IMG/VR virus record: IMGVR_UViG_3300031683_000035
Location: 1-24,931 of that record
Direction: 5' to 3' (one strand)
DNA from: a virus
Lineage: Duplodnaviria; Caudoviricetes
Length of the DNA stretch: 24,931 bases
Shown here: positions 8,602 through 15,809 of the stretch, in pieces
How the letters are laid out: the number at the start of each line of letters is the position of its first letter
How positions within the stretch are numbered: the first letter of the stretch is position 1
Position numbers and translations under genes: made by a program
The notes under the pieces: model-generated
Told to the model about the DNA's origin: nothing
Database searches by the model: none
The model's input: the letters and a program-made list of their open reading frames with translations, nothing else

Positions 8602-9033
8602 ATGTTTGATTTAATTAATTGCAACGTTGCGATCGGTGGGGATAGTCGCGCTGTTGTAAACAAACCATATTGCTCTGTTGCGGAAGTGTTGTTGCTGCAA
8701 TCAATTCACGGCCAAGATGCAGTGACGAATATCCGCGTTTATGATGAGCTAAAAACTGATGATACTGTGGAGCGCGACCGGCTTGGTAATTTCTACGGTG
8801 ACGATAAAGTCATTGCTCTCTTTAACCAGTTTGGCGAATTACCAAGAGTTTTAGCTGATACGAGAATTCCAGATGAAATTCTTGATCCTGTTTGGCTTTC
8901 AGAACGCTCTAAGCCTAAAGCCAAGGCAAAACCAAAAACATCTACGCGGAAGCGAGCAAGAACGGACAAGGGCCATTTTGTAAAAGATGATCCAGATACT
9001 CTCGAAAACGAAGCGTTTATAGAAAGCGAATAA
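8602..9033 (+). CDS. Hypothetical virion-associated protein
   Basis: 143 aa with an AAGGA RBS. Globular N-terminus, Lys-rich linker and C-terminal RARTDKGHFVKDDPDTLENEAF motif. Confidence 0.65.
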   Translation: MFDLINCNVAIGGDSRAVVNKPYCSVAEVLLLQSIHGQDAVTNIRVYDELKTDDTVERDRLGNFYGDDKVIALFNQFGELPRVLADTRIPDEILDPVWLSERSKPKAKAKPKTSTRKRARTDKGHFVKDDPDTLENEAFIESE

Positions 9034-9035
9034 AT

Positions 9036-9746
9036 ATGCCAAGAGGTGTTACACTTGGTCAGCTTATCACTGACTTACGCTCAGAAGCGGGCCACAGCTT
9101 GCAAGCTAACCTGGGCAAAGCAACGCGCGACGTGTTCGTAAATTTAATTGATCGGACGCAGCGACGTCTTTGGGCGGACTATAGCTGGCCTTTTTTAAGT
9201 GTAACGCGAGATATAAACATCAACGCGGGGCAAAGATACTACGACTTGCCCAGCGACGTAACTTTTGAACGCATTGAACGGGTGGAAACAAAGCACGGCG
9301 ATGTTTGGGACAAAATGCACTTTGGCATTACCAACGAGCATTACAACCAGCACGATAGTGATAGAGGCATACGATCAAGCCCTATACGTCGATATGACAC
9401 GTATGAGGGCAACCAGTTAGAAATCTGGCCCATCCCATCTATCGACAGTAATGCAACCACATTTAAAGGCATAATGAGGATGCACGGTATCAAAAACCTT
9501 TCTGCGCTAGTCTCGGAAGCAGACACAGCCGATTTGGATGACCAGTTAATACTATTGTATGCGTCAGCAGAACTTGCGGCGCGACAAAAGCAAGGTGATG
9601 CAAACAATAAGCTCGCGCAAGCACAGGCACATTACAGTCGTTTAAAGGCTAGAATGTCTAAAACTGAAACATTTGTCATAGGCGGTGGAGAGCCTGCTGG
9701 AATGTATCGCCCTAAAGGTCCACCACTTATCGCTTCGACAGGTTAA
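9036..9746 (+). CDS. Head-tail adaptor (tail tubular protein A-like)
   Basis: Position and size (236 aa). N-terminal TLGQLITDLR helix, WPFL, AGQRYYDLPSD, LEIWPIP and C-terminal helices, as in podovirus adaptors. Confidence 0.7.
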   Translation: MPRGVTLGQLITDLRSEAGHSLQANLGKATRDVFVNLIDRTQRRLWADYSWPFLSVTRDININAGQRYYDLPSDVTFERIERVETKHGDVWDKMHFGITNEHYNQHDSDRGIRSSPIRRYDTYEGNQLEIWPIPSIDSNATTFKGIMRMHGIKNLSALVSEADTADLDDQLILLYASAELAARQKQGDANNKLAQAQAHYSRLKARMSKTETFVIGGGEPAGMYRPKGPPLIASTG

Positions 9747-9748
9747 AA

Positions 9749-11815
9749 ATGCCATATATTTTAGTAGAAGATTTTAGAGGCGGGCTAGATACTAGGCGTA
9801 TGAACGTGACGGCAACGCCTGGCACTCTTATCGAAATTAAAAACGCTCATATCACGCGGGGCGGCGAAATTGAAAAGCGACCAGCGTTTGTGGAACTTGC
9901 AACGTTGCCAGCGGGGACGATTGGGTTAGCGGCGTCTGGTGGTCAGATTTATGTATTTGGCTCTGCTGCACCGGCTACAATTACGTTTCCTACTGGAACA
10001 CCTTCAAATATTAACTACGTTCAATTACTTCACCCATCTGGCGAGGCTTTAACTGACGTTTTAACTGTAGAATTTTACAACGGCCAGCTATACGCTGCTG
10101 CGCAGTTTAGTGACGGCAGAATTTTTCATTACTTTAATGGCACACGGATTACCGATTGGTTTGATGGCCGCGCCCGTGCAACAATAGAAATAAATGCGGG
10201 GTCTGCTGGAGGTGTTTCGGCGACTGCATCTTTTACTGTTTCGTCTGGCACTCAAAACCCTGGTGATAATATTCGAACGATTACGTCTCAGACGACGGAC
10301 CTTCTACCTTCAACCATTGCACATACTGGCAATAATTCAACGACTGCCACCAATATTGCGACTGCAATTTCGGGTGGATCTCATGGATATACAGCATCTG
10401 CTGTTGGCGCAGTTGTTACAATCGTGGCCCCAGCAACAGGTATAACGTATAACAATTTTGTTTTAGCTGTAGGCGTGGATGGCGATGCAGCTGTAAGCAG
10501 CGTGTCTAATTTTGTAGGTGGCATTGATAATGCAATCAGCAATATAACAGTCGATGGTGTTTCAATTATAGGGTCGCAAATTGTATGGGGAACGAGCCAC
10601 AGCCTTACAGCGTTTAATTTAGCAGAAGCCATTAATGACTTTCCATCATCGCCCGAATATCAAGCGACATCTGTTGGCGCTTTTGTAAATATTATTAGTA
10701 AAGAAAGTGGCTCATCATTCAACAATAAGGCGATTGCTGTTACAACAACAGGTAACGTGACGACTGTTTTTGATCCAGCAAGCCAAAGTTATTTGGACGG
10801 TGGCGCTGACGCCAGTGCAATAAACGGATACACGCCTGGGGCAGTTGTTCGTCCAGTGAAGAGCAAAATGTATGCTTTATCTGACAGCCTGCTACACTTT
10901 TCAGCAGTCAACAATCCAGCCGAATGGAATGACCCAAGTGTTGGTGCTGGATTTATTAACTTAGCAAATAACGCAAAAGGTTCGGAAAGCTTAAAAGCTA
11001 TCGCCAACTATTTTGACAATATTGCAATTTTGGCCGAAAGTGCCATTCAGATTTGGTTTGTTGATCCAGACGAAACAAAAAATACTCAAATCCAAGTTTT
11101 GCAAAACACTGGAACGATTGCCCCTGATAGCGTTGTCGAATTCGGCGATAACGATGTTTTCTATTTAAGTCTATCTGGAATACGATCACTGCGATCACGG
11201 GACAGTAGTAACGCGGCTTTTGTTGGTGACATTGGTAATCCAATAGACGATTTGATTGTGGCTGAACTGCAAGCCAACCGGCTTGCGTGTGAGCTTTCAA
11301 AGGGTACACTTGAACCGCGTGACGGTCGTTATATGCTTGCGATCGGCTCAAAGATTTATGTCTTTTCCTATTTTCCATCGAGTAAGGTTTCTGCTTGGTC
11401 GGTTTACGAGCCAGGCTTTGTTGTAGACAGGTGGGCGTTTGACGGTCGGCAAACCTTATGTCGATCTGGCAATAAACTGTATTCGCTAGGCGGTGAAAAC
11501 GCTAATATTTATGACAGCTCTGAGGTTGTCGTGCAGATGCCATTTTTGGATGGTTCCGCCCCTGCAACTTCAAAAGATTTTTTTGCAATCGACGCGACGT
11601 GCGAAAACACATGGACGTTTTTTGCAGGGACTGATCCGCAAAACATTTTGGCGCAAGAAGAAATAGCAACATTTGTCCAAACGACTTACGGACAGGGTCG
11701 GGTTGGCATGACAGGATACTCAACACACATTGCCCCGCGTCTTGTATGTGCAAAACCTGGCGCGGCAAAATTGGGCAACATAGCAATTCATTACAACCCT
11801 TCGGAGAGCGGATGA
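9749..11815 (+). CDS. Tail nozzle (tail tubular protein B / P22 gp10-like) with an inserted beta-rich region
   Basis: 688 aa starting with DFRGGLD...NAHITRGGEIEKRP. Beta-propeller-like segments (LHFSAVNNPAEW, DVFYLSLSGIRSL, VSAWS). Follows the adaptor. Confidence 0.75.
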   Translation: MPYILVEDFRGGLDTRRMNVTATPGTLIEIKNAHITRGGEIEKRPAFVELATLPAGTIGLAASGGQIYVFGSAAPATITFPTGTPSNINYVQLLHPSGEALTDVLTVEFYNGQLYAAAQFSDGRIFHYFNGTRITDWFDGRARATIEINAGSAGGVSATASFTVSSGTQNPGDNIRTITSQTTDLLPSTIAHTGNNSTTATNIATAISGGSHGYTASAVGAVVTIVAPATGITYNNFVLAVGVDGDAAVSSVSNFVGGIDNAISNITVDGVSIIGSQIVWGTSHSLTAFNLAEAINDFPSSPEYQATSVGAFVNIISKESGSSFNNKAIAVTTTGNVTTVFDPASQSYLDGGADASAINGYTPGAVVRPVKSKMYALSDSLLHFSAVNNPAEWNDPSVGAGFINLANNAKGSESLKAIANYFDNIAILAESAIQIWFVDPDETKNTQIQVLQNTGTIAPDSVVEFGDNDVFYLSLSGIRSLRSRDSSNAAFVGDIGNPIDDLIVAELQANRLACELSKGTLEPRDGRYMLAIGSKIYVFSYFPSSKVSAWSVYEPGFVVDRWAFDGRQTLCRSGNKLYSLGGENANIYDSSEVVVQMPFLDGSAPATSKDFFAIDATCENTWTFFAGTDPQNILAQEEIATFVQTTYGQGRVGMTGYSTHIAPRLVCAKPGAAKLGNIAIHYNPSESG

Positions 11816-12333
11816 ACTATTTTAGACAGGCTGAACCAGAGGAAGTTTATAACGTGGCGCTCAATATGCGTGAACGAGATTTTGAAGAAATAGATGCACT
11901 TCGCTGGTCAGAAGGCCGTGAAGAATTAGCCCAAGGACTGTGCAACGAACTTGGTAATTTTCAAAATGTGTTTGTTTGTGGTGATGATGACGGGCCAGTT
12001 GCGATTGTTTGTTACATTCCCCTTCGCAGAGGCGTGTGGAGTTTGGGGCTTTTTGCGACAGATAGCTTTCAAAATATTGGGAGTTTTCTGACAAAGCGGA
12101 TAATTCGTGAGATAATACCGGCATTAGATCATGGCGGAGCGCACCGTGTCGAATGCCAAAGTATCGTTGGATATGACCAGGTTCATGCATGGCTCGAATT
12201 CTTAGGTTTAAGAGAGGAATGTTTGTTGAAAGGTTTTGGAAAGAATGGCGAAGATTTCAAAACGTTTTCGTGGGTGCGAGATGAGGCCGGCCATTATGGC
12301 TGGGACCGAGGAGAAATTGTAAATGTGCATTAA
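11812..12333 (+). CDS. T7 gp13-like (internal virion protein A) GNAT-fold protein
   Basis: Probable start is ATG 11812 (ATGA overlap with the nozzle stop, GGAG upstream) rather than 11746. Contains NMRERDFEEI, VW.LG..ATD and HAWLEFLG..E......G.NGEDF, and sits between nozzle and ejection proteins. Confidence 0.7.
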   Translation: MNYFRQAEPEEVYNVALNMRERDFEEIDALRWSEGREELAQGLCNELGNFQNVFVCGDDDGPVAIVCYIPLRRGVWSLGLFATDSFQNIGSFLTKRIIREIIPALDHGGAHRVECQSIVGYDQVHAWLEFLGLREECLLKGFGKNGEDFKTFSWVRDEAGHYGWDRGEIVNVH

Positions 12334-12946
12334 TAACAACGCTGCAATCGCTACTGCTGACACTGAAGCGGAGCGCATTCGCCTTGAAGAAGAACAACGA
12401 CAAACGCGTATTCGCACAGGACGCGAAGCAATAAACAGCGCATTTGATAGTTATGACGATGGTTTCTATGCGGATCGCGCCAACAGTTATATTGATTTTG
12501 CAACGCCCGATTTGCAAGATCAGTTTAAAAATGCGACCAAAGATTTAGCAAATTCGTTAGCTCGTAGGGGCGTATCGCAATCGAGCGAAGCTATAAATCG
12601 TAAAGCTGAACAACTTGCACTCTTCAACAAAGCAAAAACATCAATCATCGATAAAGGCCGTACAAACGCTGACGCGGTTAGGAATGCGTTGGGAGCTGCA
12701 AAGGGTGATTTACTTACACAAAATCAAGCAATGGCTGATCCAACATTAATGGCAAACCAAGCTGCCACCAGCATAGCAAATGCGACAACGCTTCCACCTT
12801 ATAATCCGATTGGGCAGATTTTTGCCAGCGGCACGGACGCAGTAGCGACCGGCGTGGGGTTGAATGCGCGCGGTCAGCTTAACGACGCCTACAACCTGGG
12901 TAACTTGTTTAGAAGTCCTAGCGCTGCAAGGATAATTCGCTCATGA
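12323..12946 (+). CDS. Putative internal virion (ejection) protein
   Basis: 207 aa starting Met-Cys, Ala/Gln/Asn-rich and helical. GAGGAG RBS. Located right after the gp13-like gene. Confidence 0.6.
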   Translation: MCINNNAAIATADTEAERIRLEEEQRQTRIRTGREAINSAFDSYDDGFYADRANSYIDFATPDLQDQFKNATKDLANSLARRGVSQSSEAINRKAEQLALFNKAKTSIIDKGRTNADAVRNALGAAKGDLLTQNQAMADPTLMANQAATSIANATTLPPYNPIGQIFASGTDAVATGVGLNARGQLNDAYNLGNLFRSPSAARIIRS

Positions 12947-15219
12947 CTAAAACACCTAAATTTGCAAAAATTGCCGGCCAGGATCATATGCTGGCTTACA
13001 TTAACCAAGCTGAAGCGGATATGCTTAAAAAATCTGGCGGCGCGGGTGTTCCTGTTGGCCCAGCTAAAATACCAGCTTACCCGCCGAAACAATTATATGA
13101 AGCGCAAAGAAGCAGATTAGCGGAAATAAGAGCAAGAAACGAAAGGCAAAGGAAAGCTAGAGCATCTGCGGCTCTGGCAGCAGCCAAAGCGGATGAAGAC
13201 AACAAAACAGCGGCAGCAGCATCTAAGTTAGCAGACATTAAAGCAAACGGAGGTAGCCCAGGCGCATTTAGTGACGGCGGCATGGTTGAGGCGTTTTTTG
13301 ACGCAATCGGATTTGATATCGATGGCGATGGCGACGGTAATAATCAAGGTACAAGGTTTAGCTCCACTGGGACAGGCGTTGGTACGGGTGTTGATAATCC
13401 AAACTACGATGCCGCAGAAGACCCGAACAAAGATATTCCCAATCTCGCCACTGCGACAGAAGCGGAAAAAGCTGCATCAGCTGCGTTAGCGGCACAAAAT
13501 GCAGCAATCTACGGTAAGATGAATGATCCATTGGCTGCAGCTGGCGTTACGCTCGGAGGCAAGCAAACGGCTGCTACTCCTGCTAATGTGGGCAACACGC
13601 CAATTCTTCAGTACACTGGCAGCAAAGGTAATACTGCTGGTGGTACATATTCTCTTGCTACTGGCAGCGGGCAAGGTAAAAATGGTTCAGGAACATATAC
13701 GAACAAAGACGGCGATCAAGTTCCTATCGGGCTTTTCGGCACGGGCGGATTAGACGGAACCGAAAAAGCATCAGTTTCCACAAATGCAGATGGTACTTTG
13801 TTCGTTCCTTACAATGGCGCCGACCCTCACAGCATTGATAGAAATACAAATTTTGTTGGTGACACAAACCCATTTCTTGCAAATGGCGCCGTGAATGAAA
13901 ATTATAATATGTCGAAGGATTTAGCGGAAAACGGAGAATATTCAGTTAGCGACGCTTTGCTGGGCTTGCAAAACACTATGACAATTAACCCAGGTGGCGC
14001 GGGTAATGGATTTGATGTTACTGGATACCAAGGACCGAACGGCGAAACGACTTATTATGACGGCGTTGAAGTAAAAAATAAAACACTTCGTGGAGACTCA
14101 GCATTCACCACAGGTTTTGAAGCAAATGGGCCAGCGATTGTAAACGCACTTGCCAAGAAAACTGGCGTGGAAACTAAGGATTTTGGTGGTAGTGTTCTCG
14201 GCGATGGCGACGGCGGATATGTTACAGTAGATGGTGACGTCGTAGACGGCGATTTTGTAAAAGGTGCGGTAATAGCTAATGATGATATATTACCAGGAGG
14301 ACTTATTACTACGGTATTTGATCCAGACCTAACGTGCCCAGAAGGTTATGAAAAGGTCAATGGGACTTGTGTGAAGATTTCCACAAACGCTTGCCCAACG
14401 GGTTTTACTCTTGTTAATGGCGTTTGCGTACCTGATGATGATGTAGAACCCCCAATCCCAAAAGTGTGTCCACCAGGTTTTGAATTGCGCAATGGTACGT
14501 GCGTTAGAATTGGGCCAGGACCAGTTGATCCACCAGACGACCCGCCAATTGACCCGCCAATTGACAATAGTGATCTACTAGCCGCCAGAGCCGCGCGGGA
14601 TGCAGCCTATTCGGCCCAGCAGGGTAATATCAGCAGCGCATTTGGATTTGCCAACGATGGCTATTACAACGGGCTGCGCGATGCGTACATGACTGATAGT
14701 GATGGCCCATTTAAGACGGCATATGACGACGCCCAACGCGGCTTAATGGACGTGTTTAAGAGCGCCGGTTTACTTACTCAGGCTGGTGTTAATGAATCTA
14801 CGGGAGCCTTGACCGGCGCAATGGGAACCGAAGAAGGCAAGCTCGGAGGGTTAGCTGACGAGTATCGATCTGCAAACAAAGGTTATGTTGATGGCGGGAT
14901 TGGCTCAGTTAATTCTGGCCTGGATGTACTAAAGTTCTTCTCAGATGACGTAGATACAGTAAATAGCCAGACGTCTAATATTAACGCGTACGATGTAACG
15001 GGTCTATCTAGCCCATATAAAACCCCCACCAATCAAGGCATCGCGGACTTCTTCACAGATTTTGCAAAACGCAAATATGATCCGTCATACAATGTAGATC
15101 CGACTGCAACAACGAGCAGCAAAGCGCGGCGAATTACAGCTGCTAATTCGGCGCAGCCTTCATCAATGCTTGGCATCAAAAGTCCCTATTCGGGCAGTTC
15201 TGTAAGGGTAATTAACTAA
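12943..15219 (+). CDS. Mosaic putative virion protein: LAYI motif, Gly/Asn/Asp-rich region, three Cys repeats, Pro linker and a domain paralogous to the upstream gene
   Basis: 758-aa ORF with ATGA and TAATG overlaps on either side. Domain structure read directly from the translation. Confidence 0.65.
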   Translation: MTKTPKFAKIAGQDHMLAYINQAEADMLKKSGGAGVPVGPAKIPAYPPKQLYEAQRSRLAEIRARNERQRKARASAALAAAKADEDNKTAAAASKLADIKANGGSPGAFSDGGMVEAFFDAIGFDIDGDGDGNNQGTRFSSTGTGVGTGVDNPNYDAAEDPNKDIPNLATATEAEKAASAALAAQNAAIYGKMNDPLAAAGVTLGGKQTAATPANVGNTPILQYTGSKGNTAGGTYSLATGSGQGKNGSGTYTNKDGDQVPIGLFGTGGLDGTEKASVSTNADGTLFVPYNGADPHSIDRNTNFVGDTNPFLANGAVNENYNMSKDLAENGEYSVSDALLGLQNTMTINPGGAGNGFDVTGYQGPNGETTYYDGVEVKNKTLRGDSAFTTGFEANGPAIVNALAKKTGVETKDFGGSVLGDGDGGYVTVDGDVVDGDFVKGAVIANDDILPGGLITTVFDPDLTCPEGYEKVNGTCVKISTNACPTGFTLVNGVCVPDDDVEPPIPKVCPPGFELRNGTCVRIGPGPVDPPDDPPIDPPIDNSDLLAARAARDAAYSAQQGNISSAFGFANDGYYNGLRDAYMTDSDGPFKTAYDDAQRGLMDVFKSAGLLTQAGVNESTGALTGAMGTEEGKLGGLADEYRSANKGYVDGGIGSVNSGLDVLKFFSDDVDTVNSQTSNINAYDVTGLSSPYKTPTNQGIADFFTDFAKRKYDPSYNVDPTATTSSKARRITAANSAQPSSMLGIKSPYSGSSVRVIN
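14332..14508 (+). repeat. Three protein-level CPxG(F/Y)xxxNGxCV repeats
   Basis: TCPEGYEKVNGTCVK, ACPTGFTLVNGVCVP and VCPPGFELRNGTCVR. Confidence 0.9.
14539..14565 (+). repeat. Exact 12-bp tandem duplication in the Pro/Asp linker
   Basis: GACCCGCCAATT x2 plus GAC, encoding DPPI-DPPI-D. Confidence 0.85.
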
Positions 15220-15800
15220 TGTGTAATCCAGTAATCGCAGGCGCTCTAGCATCAGCTGGTGGCGTTGTAATGCAAAATAATAACGCCAACAAAGCGGCAA
15301 AGATGCGGGCTGGATACCAGACGCAAAACAGTGAACGTCAACGAATGTTAGAAGAAGAAGCTCGATCTGGTCAGGGCGCACTTTTAGAAGCCTTGTCCCG
15401 CGCGACTGTTCAAGGTGGAATGAAAAGATCGGCAAACAATATGCAAAACAGCTATGACGCCGCGACTACAGCGCCTCCAGCTGCTGCTCAAAATGGCGGT
15501 GGTCCTGCACTGATAGCTGATGTTGCTAATGCAACGGCACAAAGGCAGGTGGCAAAACAAGCAGCTTATAACAGTAAACTTGCTGATCTTAACAGCTTCT
15601 CTGATTATTTGGGTACTACCATAAAACCGAAAACTATGGACTCGGCGTCCAACACGCAAATGCTGGGTGGATTTATGCAGGGAAACAATGTGCCGCTAAG
15701 TGCGGAGCTTGAAGCTGCAAACGCGCGAGCTAACAGCCCGATGGCGCAACTTTTGATTGGTGGTGGTCAGCTTTCTACCGGCTACGGACTAAAAAAGTAG
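15219..15800 (+). CDS. Putative internal virion protein (T7 gp14-like)
   Basis: 193 aa. Starts MCNPVIAGALASAGG (Met-Cys plus a small hydrophobic stretch, like gp14-type proteins), with an Ala/Gln-rich helical body and Gly-rich hydrophobic C-terminus. Confidence 0.65.
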   Translation: MCNPVIAGALASAGGVVMQNNNANKAAKMRAGYQTQNSERQRMLEEEARSGQGALLEALSRATVQGGMKRSANNMQNSYDAATTAPPAAAQNGGGPALIADVANATAQRQVAKQAAYNSKLADLNSFSDYLGTTIKPKTMDSASNTQMLGGFMQGNNVPLSAELEAANARANSPMAQLLIGGGQLSTGYGLKK

Positions 15801-15809
15801 GAGATACTA

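Noticed and set aside
11746-11811. Upstream MCKTW start for the gp13-like gene
   Set aside because: It would overlap the nozzle gene by 70 nt. ATG 11812 has an ATGA coupling and a GGAG RBS, and the family-like sequence begins there.
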